Part shown: positions 44,729 through 58,640 of the stretch, in pieces
How positions within the stretch are numbered: position 1 is the stretch's first letter
Layout of the letters: each line of letters begins with the position of its first letter
From: the human T2T-CHM13v2.0 reference genome, Homo sapiens
NCBI RefSeq assembly: GCF_009914755.1
Contig: NC_060927.1
DNA: 64,000 nt
Strand: one strand, 5' to 3'
Notes under the pieces: generated by a model
The model's database searches: none
What the model was told of the DNA's origin: nothing
What the model saw: the letters and a program-made list of their open reading frames with translations, nothing else
Translations under genes and position numbers: made by a program

Positions 44729-46932
44729 TGCATGGTAAAGCTGAATGATGATCTCCAAAAGGATATCTAAGTCCTGACCCCTGGAATCTGTGCATATTAC
44801 CTTATATGGCAACAAGATGTAATTAAGAATCTTGGAGGAAGGAGATTATCCCAGATTGTACTGGCGGCCCTAAATGCAATCACATGCATCCTTTCAAGAC
44901 GGGCAGATCTGGGAGCTCACATTGGCAAGATGGCTAACTAGAGTTGCCTGGCATTCGTCCCCCCCACAGAAAGGGACCAAAACAATAAATAAACAACTAT
45001 AGTTTGACTACAGTGACTGAGGAAGTATGTTGGAGAGCCCTAAAGGAGTGGCAAAATCCTAGTGGAGCACGGACGCCCAAAATAGCACCATAAAAGAAGG
45101 AGAAAATCATCTTGCATCTACCACATTGTCTCCCCCGCTGGGATCAGCACAGCATGGAGACATGGTGGATTTCTTCTTCCAGGGAAAAGATAAGCTGGAG
45201 ACCTATAGCAGTTCCTATAGCCACTACAGATGCCAGTGGTCTTTGCTATAGGAGCATCCCGCAGTCTTCACGGGCTCTGAATCCAATTAAGAAAGTTGCT
45301 AGGAGTTCATGCAGCTGCATTGCCCCAGAGTAGGAGCCCAGGTCATGCATCACCCCCTACCAATCCTATGACCTAAGCTGCTACAGCATGGTGCCATCTT
45401 GAAACCAGACCCACTGCTACAATGTGTCCTGACCTGGGGGCCAGTACCACTGCTCTCTCCATTCTTGAGGCTCTGCCATCATTTCATCATATTCACACCA
45501 GTGCCTACATCACCATGATCCTGGTTATGTGAAGCCTAGGCCCAGTGGAATGACCAAGATCCTGGTGTCCAAACTGATGTAGCATAATTCCCACCAGAAA
45601 ACTGGCAGATCTGCACAGTGGGGAAGCCACTGAACAGCGGGCCATCCTACCCTGCTCATGTGTTCCTGTGCCAAGCCTGACAGCCATCTCAGTGGTGATC
45701 CCACCTCCCCAGAGACATTGCTGCACAGCCAGCCTGCCTGCCATGCCTGAACATGCCTGACTTGAAAACCAAACCAGTGCCCTTGCCCTCAGTAAGACCA
45801 TGCCACTGCCATCACAAACTCCCACAGCCTTTGGCACTGAGGCAATCACAGACATTGCTAATGAAGATTACAGCTGAAGAAATGATGCAAAGACCATGCT
45901 ACTGAGCCACCCAGAACCAAAGCCCATGTTCCATACCCAACTGTCATCAAGAATCTGTCTACAGAGAAAAAGTCTCTCCCTACAAAACTACTCCATCTAA
46001 TTGTAAAAAGCAAGTTTTCCACAAGATGTGCAGACATCAATGTAGGGATAAAAGAAACATGAAAAAGCAAGGAAACATGCCACCTCCAAAGGAACACAAT
46101 AAATCTCCAGTAGCAGACTCCAGAGAAAATATTTGCAAAATGCTTCATAAGAAACTCAATGATCTTAAGAAAAATCAATGAGATACAAAAGAATGTAGAT
46201 AAATTCAATGAAATAAAAATTATGATCTGAATGAGAAATGCAACAAAGAGATATTATAAGAAAGAACCAAACAGAAATCTTGGAGCTGAAGAATTCAGTG
46301 AATGAAATAAAAAATACAATTGAGAACTTCGACAAAAGACTAGATCCATCAGAAGAAAGACTTTCTGAACTTAAAGACAGGTCTTTTGAAGCAAACTAGT
46401 TAGAGTGGAATAAGGAAATAAGAATAAAAAAATAAAGTATACAGGACTTGTGGGACACTATCAAGCAAACAAATACTTACATTATAAGGGTGTCAGAGGG
46501 AGATGGGATCAAGAAAAGCGAAAACCCTATTTAACAAAATAATAGCTGAAAATTTACCAGTCTTGAGAGAGACATGAACATCCAGATCCAGCAGGATCAG
46601 AAGTCCTCAATTAGATTCAGTTAAAAAAAAACTCTCTGAGGCATATTATAATTAATTTATCAAAAGTCAAAGAGAGAATTCTAAAAGCTACAAAAGGAAA
46701 GCATCAAGCCACACACAAGGGAATCCCTATTAGATTAACAGCAGCTTTTTCAGCAGAAACTTTGCAGCCCAGGAGAGAATAGGATGATATATTCAAAATG
46801 CTGAAAGAGTGTGGCACTGCTGACACTTTGGGATCTCATTTCTGGTCTCTAGAATTGTGAAAGAATAAATTTCTTTGTTTAAGCCACCCATCTTGTGGTA
46901 ATTTGTTATAGCAGCACCAGAAAACTAATACA
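44729..46932 (+). mobile_element. MLT1 (C/D-like) LTR in two pieces: 44729-44906 and ~46807-46932
   Basis: 5' part CCCTGGAATCTGTGCATATTACCTTATATGGC...GGAGATTATCC; 3' part AGAATAAATTTC...TTTAAGCCAC...GTTATAGCAGC...AACTAATACA. Confidence 0.85.
44911..46808 (+). mobile_element. Old L1 (L1M/L1MA-type) 5'UTR plus partial ORF1, 3'-truncated
   Basis: Starts GGGAG...GGCAAGATGGC; degenerate ORF1 from ~46058 (ATGAAAAAGCAAGGAAACATG) to CAGCAGAAACTTTGCAGCCCAGGAGAGAATAGGATGATATATTCAAAATGCTGAAAG. Confidence 0.85.
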
Positions 46933-47298
46933 TATGGCTACTTTAGACTAAACGGTCAGGAAAACGTTCTCAGATGCAGTAATGCTGAAGCTGATGCATG
47001 AATGATAAGAGGGAACCTCCTTATGAAGATCCAGGGGAAGAATACTGCAGGCAGAGGGGACAGACAGTGCAAAGACCCTGAAGCAGGAACAAACTTGGCT
47101 TGTCTAAGAAGGAAAATTAGTGTGGTAAGAATATAATGTTGAAAGGAAGAGACTTATATGGGAGGTTGAAGTCAAAGGTACAGGAAAGAAAAATACATAA
47201 AATTTCAAAAAGCCAGGGCAAGGAGTTTAGATTTTATTCTAAGTGTGAAGGGGTTCCATTGCAGGATTTATAGAAGGGGTTGATGTGTACACTGTACA

Positions 47299-47593
47299 TT
47301 TTTTTTTTTTTTTGAGACAAAGTCTCACTCTGTCGCCCAGGCTGGAGTGCAGTGGCGCAATCTTGGCTCACTGCAACTTCCGCCTCCTGGATTCAAGTGA
47401 CTCTCCTGCCTCAGCCTCCTGAGTAGCTGGGACTACAGGCTCCTGCTACCACACCCAGCTAATTTTTGTATTTTTAGTAGGGACGGGGTTTCATCATGTT
47501 GATCAGGCTGATCTCGAACTCCTGACCTCATGATCCGCCCACCTTGGCCTCCCAAAGCGCTGAGATTACAGGCATGAGCCACCACGCCCAGCC
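47299..47593 (-). mobile_element. AluS
   Basis: Poly(T) then reverse Alu dimer; TSD TACACTGTACATTT / TACACTTTACATTT. Confidence 0.95.
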
Positions 47594-49531
47594 TACACTT
47601 TACATTTTTAAAAGTTTACTCTGGCAGCTGTATGGAGTTTGGAATGAGAGGGGCAAGAATTCCAGTAGGGAGGTCAGTTAGGATGTTATTATAGGGTCCA
47701 GGTAGAAGATGTTCCTGATTTGCACTAATGTAGTGGTTGAAGAGAAAGAGAAGAGACAGTAGATGGATTTGTAATAGATCATGGAGTAAACTAAATGGGA
47801 ATTGTTTCTGGATTTGATGTGGTTGTGTGGGTAAGTGAAAGAAAATTTGGCTTGAACCACTGGAAAGATAATAGTGCTTTTCACTGAAATGAGGAAGGCA
47901 TAAGTTGGGAAAGAAAACCAAGAAGGCTTTTCTTACATTAAGATTGAGATATATATAGACTTCCAAATCTGGGCTTAAGGAGTAAATCTAGATTTGGAGA
48001 CACAGAATATGAGAGCTATTGACATAGATATTTAAAGTACAGGACTTGGTGAGATCCCTGGGGGGATGGGAGGAATTTATATAGAGAGGCAAAAGGAGCC
48101 CAAAGCTTCATCCTGAGGTACCAACACTGCAAAAAGGAAGAACCAGCAGGGGAATCTGAGACAGACAGTGAGAGGAAAATATTGCAAATGTGATGTCTCA
48201 GAAGCCAAGAGAAGGAAGGATGCCTAAAGAGGGAGTCATTAACCATATCAAAATAAGTTCTTCTTGCCAGGTAACTTATGTGCATTTTCACTGGGCAGTC
48301 AGTGTCTTAGCTCTTGGCCAACAGGTTTCTTCTCAACTGCCATCTCATATCATTGGCAGTGGCCCCCTAGAGTACTCTGATGAAAAGGATCCCTGTGCCT
48401 TGCCTGAGCTTGGCAGGAAAGCCAGCTGTGATCAGCTGGTGATGGCTGTGTGAAAAGTTGGGCAAGAGTTCTTTGTGTTTTATGATCCTGCATAACCCAA
48501 TGGAAAGACATGAGTTACGGTCATTTCAGGGGCTTTTGTAGTTTACAAGGAGCTAAACTGTGGCTAGGGCAGCCCATCAAATCAATCCCCAGAGCCAAAT
48601 CCATCTTCATGTAAGGCCTACCCTGTAGTGGATACGAGATTAGTTGTAGGACTGCTTAAGGAAGAAGTAGATATAAAGAGACAGAGACAAAATGTAGGGG
48701 CTATAATTTAAACACCAAAAAGCCATCAAGGTTTTGAAGTCTAACATCTAGATTCAACTCTCAACTCTACCACTTACTATGAGGATGTGGGTAAGTTCAT
48801 CCAACTGTCCTTAGTCTCTTTTCTTTACATGCTGAGTGATACTAATGGAATTGTGAAGCAATAAAAACATATGAGGCTAAGACTCCTGGGAACTCTAAAG
48901 ATCTATTTCTTGAGGGTTCAGGATAACTCTTGGAATCTGTTTCTTGAGGGTCCAGGGTGACACCTTTAATTTAGTTTTCTATGACATAGAAGTCTATACC
49001 TCTAAGGCTATAGCATCCTCTTTATAGAGTGTCTGACCCATGATAAGTTATTAATAAATGATCAAATAAACTTGGAGAACAATGATACTGATTTTGTGCT
49101 ATTGAGACACTGTATAATCAGATTTGGTTAGATGGCAATCCCTTATTAAAGTTTTAACCAGTTACAACAACAAAATGTATGTAACTATTTTTCCATGCTC
49201 CCAGCTTTTGAGGAGAATACCATGTGGTCACAGCTCAGCTACTGGATCTCTGTTGGACAGATCAGGGTAATGAGTAGGAAGGCTGAGTTGAAGAAGGTAA
49301 GGGAAGGAAAAGTAGATTCCTCTGCACAACTAAGCATGTGAGTCAATCGACTTGGGGATAAAATTATTTAGGAAGGTGGAGGAAGAGATTAAAGAGAAGA
49401 AGAAAGTGAAAGATGTGATAAGTATGGGCTGAACTCCTTGAAGATAGGAGAGAGAATTGAATAAGTACCATGAAGAAAGGGACCTTGGGAAAAGGGAGAT
49501 GTGTCTATAAAGCTCTTTAAGGAAATTGCCA

Positions 49532-49554
49532 TTTTTGGGTTGTTTTGGTTTTTG

Positions 49555-49589
<35 letters not shown>

Positions 49590-49746
49590 GTGACAGGGTC
49601 TTGCTCTATCACCCAGGCCGGAGTGCAGTGGCATGATCATAACTCACTGTAGCCTCAAACTCCAGGGCTCAAGCCATCCTCCCACCTCAGCCTCTGGAGT
49701 AGCTGAGACTACCATGTGGTGGTGCACACACCACCATGCCCAGCTA

Positions 49747-49793
<47 letters not shown>

Positions 49794-49914
49794 CATTATT
49801 GTAGAGATAGGGTCTTGCTTTGTTGCCCAAGCTGATCTTGAACTCCTGACCTCAAGCCGTCTTCCCACCTTGGCCTCCCAAAGTGTTGGGGTTACAGGCA
49901 TGAGCCAGGGCGCC
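49532..49914 (-). mobile_element. AluJ with expanded (ATT)n linker and long T tail
   Basis: Reverse Alu with J-type diagnostics (TCACTGTAGCCTCAAACTCC, GCTCAAGCCATCCTCCC); (ATT)~17 at 49747-49800. Confidence 0.93.
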
Positions 49915-51994
49915 TATTCGTACATTGCTATTCAAGACACTTTGGAGAGTGTACATGTGGTTGAATAGCTTTATGCTTAGGCTAGCCTCAAGGTGGCCCT
50001 GTTTTATTTGGGTTACACTGGCAACAAAGCGCCTTCATACTCATCTTCTAATTTGACCTCATGTTAACACATCTGTGATAAAACCTTATCAGATTTTTAA
50101 ATTATTATCCATCCAAAAAAAGGAGAGTCTTGACCTGTGTTACTGAGGTTAACAATGAGCAGAGCTGTAAGTAAAATCTAAGTCTTCTGACTCTCAGACT
50201 AGTGTGTTTTCTCTTCCTTCCCTCCGTCACTCCCTCCCATTCTTTCTTCCCTTCTCTCTTTCCCTTTCTCTTGCTCCTCCTGCTCTCTCACCACCCTATT
50301 CTCTTTCTCAATATATTGATGTTAGCAATGAACCACAAGCATAAGACATTCCTGAACCGACTTCAAGATTTTAGTTGAAAAGTTTTTAGTCCCAAAGAGT
50401 CCAAAGCAGTGTCTGCCAGGAAACAAGAAGGCCTGTGTGTGGTGTTCAAAAATGTGAAGACCCCAGAGGACTTACATTTTCAGCTTTTAGAGCAAAGGCT
50501 CATGAGTAGCAGCCCGTATGGTGGTATATGGATCTCGGCATTTTGCCTCCCGCATGCCAAAGATCCAGACTGCATAGGGATTTGAGAACTCGCCTGGGCA
50601 AAGCAGAGTTTTTAATAACTAGGAGACAGGATGCCGTCTGACAGGTTTCTGTGCTGCCGCTTCACGTTGGATCACACACACAAGCGTGAGTGAGTGGCCA
50701 GCTGAAGTCCCGTAGGGCTGCATTCCTACTTGCTTCCTCCTTCCTTGGGCTGCTGAAAGAACCCATTTGTGTACAGTTTGGCTAAGAAAAATCCTGTTGC
50801 TTTCCAAGTGATGCTTTGTTTGTTTCTGTTACAAAACATCTGAAAAATCAGCATTTCCCACTCAGCATCGAGCCAAAATTGACTGCTGTCTCTATATAAT
50901 AAAGCGGCATATTTTGCCTCTATCTTCTAATTGGAAGACAGAAAGTCTCAACAAACAGAACATGTTTATTGATTCAGCTTCATCCCAGAAACTGGACGGC
51001 ACCACAGGGAACGAGCAGAGAGAAAGACAGAGCGGGCTGACTTCAAATACTTTGCAAATGCTCCTTAGCAGTATTAATGAGCAGGAGACCGTGTGGTATG
51101 TTACAACCTCATGTGATGGAGTAAATGAAGGCAGGGCATACTGTTTTGTAATGAAGTGAAGATTCAGTGGTAAGTGGAAGTGCTCATTTCCTGAGTTGCT
51201 CATCGTCTTCTCTCGCTGATCTGGAAATATACGCGTTCCCAAAATGCAGAGATAATAAGGCTCTTATGAATGCAGGAACAAGTCTTGTGCACTTGCAGGG
51301 GAAAACAGAAATTCTTCAATGCAGTCTCAAAAGAAGCAGTAGAGAGGTAGAATTTAAGGTGGCACAGCTGGGCAGAAGGCAAGAAGAGACTTGCTCTTGG
51401 CCCTTGGCATGGGTCTGAATCACCTCTACTTTTCCTTATCTCATCCTGCTCCCTACTCTCCTCAACCTCTCTGCTCATTGTAGCAAAAAAGGCCTGCAAT
51501 TGGATGGGCCTGGTCTGCAGGGTCCCTCTGTGGTCCCTTGATCATTTCGCAGCCCAGAAGGAGCTTGCAGAGGTTCAGGAATGTGCTGCTAATGAATACA
51601 CAGAGCCAACCCTTTGGCAGAACCTACTGCTGTCTTGTCTGGCAACCTGTGGAAAGCGGAGGGCACACCTGCTGCTTGCTTGGATCCTGGCCTTGGGGGC
51701 CTGCAGCTCCCCTTGCCTGTTACAGATGCTTTTGTATTTGCTCTGCCTGACACCAACAATTTGTAATTCTTGCACACAAACCCCCCACGGTAGGTCAGGG
51801 GGCTCCTCCAGCTGCAGTGCAATCACTGCCAGATCTGATCCTCACTCTCACCCAGAACACAGGCAACCTTGATCGACCCTGAACTTCAGAGCCATCAGCA
51901 AGGGGCTTCTTTTCCTTTCGGAAGCTATCTGTGGTTCCTAACAACAATGGGGAGAGCCAAGAATCCATGGAAATTTGAGAGAAAGAGAAAGAGT

Positions 51995-52190
51995 AAAAAC
52001 AGCATGAGGCATGGAAAACTTTGATTCTGGCAGATCTGGGCTCCAATCCCAATTCTGCTACTTGCTAGAGGCACCGTGGGCAAGTCCACTTAACCTGCCT
52101 TAGCCTCGGGTCCTCAGTCCTAAAATGGGGATGATCATGATTCATAACATTGAAGGAAAGCTTAACTCATACAGCCCATAAAAAGCCTTT
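51995..52190 (+). mobile_element. MIR SINE
   Basis: CAGATCTGGGCTCCAATCCC...GTGGGCAAGTCCACTTAACC...TAAAATGGGGATGAT. Confidence 0.75.
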
Positions 52191-52511
52191 GGGGACAGAA
52201 CCGGACATAGATAGACCACATGTTGACATCTGTTCCTTCCATTCACCCCTCACCACCAGTTTTTGATCACTGAGCACTTACTAGGCATTCTATAAATGTC
52301 TGAAGAATGAAAAAAATGATTTGCATGAATCAATGAATATGTAATTTAAGGTCACAGAAATGAGGCTAACTGTTGTAATGGATTTAGCACTGAACTAAAA
52401 GTTAGATGATCTGGGTTTGAATTCTGTTATTTAGCTGAAGGAACTGCAGAGGATGTTTAATTGTGAAAATATTTGCTTAGCTCTGTTTTGTCTTATTTTT
52501 TTCTCATGATG

Positions 52512-53825
<1,314 letters not shown>

Positions 53826-55127
53826 CTTTATTTTTAATTAAAAGTTACAAACATACATAGATAAGCATGACTTAAAGTTATGAATGTGATTCCTTAGTTC
53901 AAGTGCCAGAATCAGCTTTGTAACTATTTATCTGTACCCTCCAGTGTAATGTCTACCCCTTGGCATTAAAGGGCAGGAAACTTGTCAGCAAAAGAAGTGT
54001 GTGACTTGATAGAATCTTATTTCTGTACTCCACTAGCTTCCAGGGAGCAAGAGGTATTGCTCTTGCAAATATTTTGTTATACTAAGTATTAACCTAAACT
54101 GATTAGATCCAGCATTAAACTCACCACAGCGCCATGCAATGTCTTCCAAGGTCTGCCTTATTCCCTTGGTTCAGCAGTGGAAGGAGAGAGTAAAGCGACC
54201 CAATTACATAGATTTCTAACATGGCTGAAGACCAAATAACCAGACAGCAGGGAGGATATCCCGACCCCAAAATATGGCCTATATTTGGACAGAGCTTCGT
54301 GTTTACTTGAATACACGCTTCAGAATCCCAAGGGAGCATCTCTTAAAATTTGTATAATCTCTGAGTTAACTATCAAGCAGGAATTCTCCCCTCCTCACTT
54401 TGATAAGAGGCAATGGGCTCAGCCCCCTCTGGGAAATTTTTAGGGAAGAATAGGGAGACTCAGAAGCCTAGAAGGGGGAGAAAAAGGACATTGGAACAGT
54501 TTTTTCCTTGCCAGTACCCCTCATCCCCACTCTTAACCCCTTTGTACCTAGAGAAGAAATGGTCAGAAATGGGAGGAAAAGAAAAACAAGGAATTTTTTA
54601 AAAGTCAACTTTATCCATTTTAAGATGATGTAGTCTTACCACCAAAGTAGAAAGCATCCGCACTTCTGAATAGCATCAGATCAGCAGGCATGAGAAACAA
54701 AGCTGAGGCTTTGAGGTCCCCAGTGACAGCCCTGGCCAAAGGAAGGGGTGAGGGCCCCTGCTCTAACATGCAGCAGAGAAAAACACCATAACTCACCACG
54801 TTTTTAGCCCAGGCAGGGGCTTCGGGGTGCAAAGGAAAAGACAAACTCTTCTCACCAGGGAGCTTCATAGAAACAGGCCAAGGGCAGTTAGATGTTCCAA
54901 AGTCCAAAAGGCAAGTTCAAGAATGTTTCTGTTAAGTGCTGAAAAGGAGGCTCGGCCTAGCATGAGACTCTGGGCCAGCTGCTTTGAGGTGTCTATAGCT
55001 GGAGGAAGCTTCCTACCAGAAAAGGCCAGAGGCCACTTGCATAGAAAAATATTTATTTCTTATCTGCAGAAACAAAAGAAGAAATTTAAGCACCGGTCTG
55101 AGAGTCCAGCTGGTGGTCTACTGGTAC

Positions 55128-55128
55128 C

Positions 55129-55159
<31 letters not shown>

Positions 55160-55160
55160 A
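55128..55160. repeat. poly(A) tract (~30 nt)
   Basis: Mononucleotide run with no adjacent SINE. Confidence 0.9.
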
Positions 55161-56934
55161 AGGAGAGAGATAGAAGAGGAAGGAGAATGAGTGAGATGGT
55201 GATGGAAGAGAGGCATTGGCTTCCAGCACTCTAGCCAATGGGATGCCAGTCTCTTTGCCAAAATGTGATGCCAGGGGCTGCCTACATGATAGGTTCTGAG
55301 TGCCAGATGACAGCAGAAGTAGCATGCTCTAATTTTTGTTTGTTTGTTTATTTGTTACCCCTCTACCTTGCCAGATGCCCATGAAGGGAGCTCTCCCTTA
55401 GCCAATAAACAACCAAGACTAATAGAATATCTTTGGCAAAGGTGGTTGGCAGAAGTCACTGCCATCTCAAGCATCAGACTCTAAGCAGGGACCCAGTTTC
55501 CTTGTTATACAAGCAAAATGTTGGCAGGCCACATGGTGAAAAAAGACTTGGGAAAAACATATACTTCCTGAGGGAAAAAAAGTCCCTAGTTGAGCCATAT
55601 TGTTTATGTTCGGAAGAATCTTTCTGTTTGAATTTGGTTTCCAATTGGAAAACATCCGAGATATTGATCTTTCTACCAGAAAAATAGGGATAATGAGAAC
55701 TGCTCCATGCACACAAGTAACTTGCCAAGGACCAGGGAAAGACACAGTCACTCTGTTCATGTCTGATTGATCTTCCTCTGACATTGGCATCAGGGTCAGA
55801 GGGTGGGCAGAGTGTGTAAAGATGTCTGAAGTCATTTATTCTCCAGGCACTGTGTCAGCAGCAAGTCTTTCGTGTCTTTCGAGCCCTGATGAGGGCATGG
55901 CTCCCTTAGCCAAGTCAGTACATCCTCTTCCCAGTGAAGAGCAACACTTTCCTGTATGGCACCTAGAATTAGCCGTGAGGCAACATAGGACTGTGATTAG
56001 TGGTCCAGGCTCTGAAGACAAACTTCTGCGGTGTCTTGAGTTCCTTGTGTCTTGGCAGTGTAGCCTGGTTGTCAATAGTGGAGGCTCAGAGCTAGAGTAT
56101 CTGGGTTTGAATCCTTCATTTACTGGCTGTGTGAGCATAGACAAAATTGAAATCCTCACTCTAGATGACATGTTTCTTCTCTGAAAGAAAAAAAAAAGCA
56201 TAATAGTACCTGCCTTGAAGGGTAGTTGGAAGCCTCAGATGAGCTACTCCAGGGAAAGTGCTGGGACTGGCATTCTGGCTGCCCGTCTTCTTCCCAGCCT
56301 TGCCTTGCTGGGAGACTTGACCTGTCCCCCTGCACTCTGGCCACTCCTACTTTCCTTCAGATTTTGCAACAGGCTGGGATTTCTCCTGCTCAAGGACCTT
56401 TCCTGGGGCTGTTCCCTTCCCCAACCCTCAACTCCACCTTTGCCTTCAGCTCTTAGCTCCCCTGTCATCTGCAGGGAGGTTTTTCATGCCCCCTAAAACA
56501 GGACCAGGAATCCCCTAGTACCATGCATTTCCCTTTATGCCTTTTATTACCATCTTAATATTTTAATTTGTCGATGGGTTAGCACATACTAGATGTTAAA
56601 ATGTAAACTCGCTTCATACCTTTATATCTTCAGCATTTAGTAAATTATACGTATTAGGGTTTTGTGGACTGAACAAACAAATGAATAACTAAATGGAGAA
56701 GTGCACCATGCCTTTGAGCTGACTGTCATTTCATGGGCCTTCTGCTTTCCTGCCTAAGAATGAGAATTATATCATCATAAACCTAAGCTTTAGCCTGCTC
56801 TGAATTTTTGCAAAGACAAGTGTTAATAATGATGTTGCTTTAGCATTAGGAACAAGGCACTATTAACAATCTGAGACACAGAGTATGCAGGTGTTTGTGA
56901 ACCTGCAAGTAACAAAAGGTAGTCTAGGATTTGA

Positions 56935-57160
56935 AGAGGCAGTGGGGTGGAGTAACTAAGAATGTGGGCTCGTGAGTCAGACTGCCTGGGCTGGAATCAG
57001 TTCCAGCCTCACTAGCTGTGTGATCTTGGGTGAAATCTGTGCCTTGACTCTGTCTTTATTTATAAAACCCTTCATAGGGTTATTGTGAAGATAAAACAAC
57101 ATTATGTATACAAAATGCTTTGTGTATAGTAAGTCGTCTCCTCCATAAGCACTAGTAATT
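56935..57160 (+). mobile_element. MIR SINE
   Basis: GAGTCAGACTGCCTGGG...ACTAGCTGTGTGATCTTGGG...CATAGGGTTATTGTGAAGATAAA. Confidence 0.8.
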
Positions 57161-58104
57161 ACTTTTAAAATTCAGATATTATTTTTCAGACATTGTAACC
57201 AAATTCTTGGGACATAGAGAAAAAATCTTGCTTTTCTGAATTCTAGTCTCCTTTAATATGTCAGGTTCCCAACTCTAAGTGGAAATGTAATCAACAGAGC
57301 CATTTAAATGTATATGTGCTCAAGATATCTTGACTGATGTTAATCCAAGCGTTTATGATCACTTAAGGTGTGTTTACATTAGCCACTAGAAAAAATGTAA
57401 AGTGCACACAGTACATTTGAAAAGGCAGGCCTTTTTTTTTTTTTTTTTTTAACAGCCACGCAGCAGAGTATGCACATAAAAATTCACCAAGGTGCATGCA
57501 TGCGGTGCCTCAAGTGCATTGTTGAAATGCATACGCATATTTTCATACAGTGCATTTCCCTCCGGGGGTTGCACAACCATGTCCATATAAATCATAATCT
57601 GCCTGGACATTTGGCTAAAGACTGAATGTTTCAAACTATAAAAAAGTATTGTTTTCTTTCTGCCAGTATCAACAGTTCTTCAGTCTATTATCAGCAAAAT
57701 TATCCTCCATTGCCCCTTCACCACCGTCTCTGTTTTCTACAGGGAACATCCTCATTTACCCATTTTTCTAATGATCAGTATGCAGTCCAAAGAGCAGGCT
57801 CTTTGCCAGCCTCTGCCCTCCCAGGAACCCCGCCAGCACTGTGCTTGTTTGTAAGTGGAGACTGTAGGGTAGCTGGTGCTGTTCTTGCCGACTAATTGCA
57901 CCCCAGAATCACCTGTGCCAAAAGAGTGCCTGGACGGCACCTGGGAAGACTAATGTTCATTAGAGTTGTGAACATTCCATATTGGCCTGCCATTGGTGGT
58001 GCATGATAAGCAAAGTTTTGGATTAATTGCTTCATATGCCACATTTATGTATGGATTTGATGCTGTGGCTTGGGAAGGCCCTTTGATGGAGAAATTACTC
58101 AGTG

Positions 58105-58640
58105 TTTGCAAATCATTTACTCAAAAAATATGTACCATGTGTCAACTATGTCCAGGGACTTTTCTAGGCTCTGATTATACAGTAATGACCAAGTCTGATT
58201 TCTGCTCTCAAGGTGCTTACACTCTGAAGGGGGCTGGGAATAATAAATAACTGAAATAAATAAGCCAACAGATAATTTCAAGTTGCATGCTAAGCATTCA
58301 AACAAACTGGACCATGCATGGAGAATGACTAAGGCTAGGAGTAACTACATTGGGTGATGAGCCCCATTTGGCAGGAAGAAGCCAGTAATAGAAGAATCTG
58401 GAGGAAGAGGGTTCCAAGCAGAAGAGCAAGTTCAAACGCCCTGAAGACAAAAGTCAACTTGGCCCTGTGAGAGAAACCAGGAAGCTACCATAGTGGCTAA
58501 TGTGTGATGAGCAGGAGGGAGGTCGCTCTGGCTCAGATCATGCAGACCCTCACTGGCCTCATTCAAGACTGGCTTTGACCATAAGTGTAGAGGTCTGAGT
58601 CACCGGGTTTTGAAACTTTTAACAGACCACTCTGGCTGCT
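58105..58640 (-). mobile_element. L2 LINE fragment
   Basis: TCATTTACTCAAAAAATAT...ACTATGTCCAGGGAC...GACCACTCTGGCTGCTG. Confidence 0.65.

Larger units (their letters stand above)
44215..48270 (-). mobile_element. L2 LINE fragmented by AluY, MLT1 (+L1M) and AluS insertions
   Basis: L2 motifs at 44555-44720, 46933-47290 and 47595-48270 are collinear (AGTGCAAAGACCCTGAAGCAGGAAC, AGGAGTTTAGATTTTATTCTAAGTG, CAGAAGCCAAGAGAAG). Confidence 0.7.

Noticed and set aside
57432-57450. Poly(T), and likewise poly(A) at 18802 and 55128, as possible tails of processed pseudogenes
   Set aside because: No TSD, polyadenylation signal or mRNA-like body found next to them
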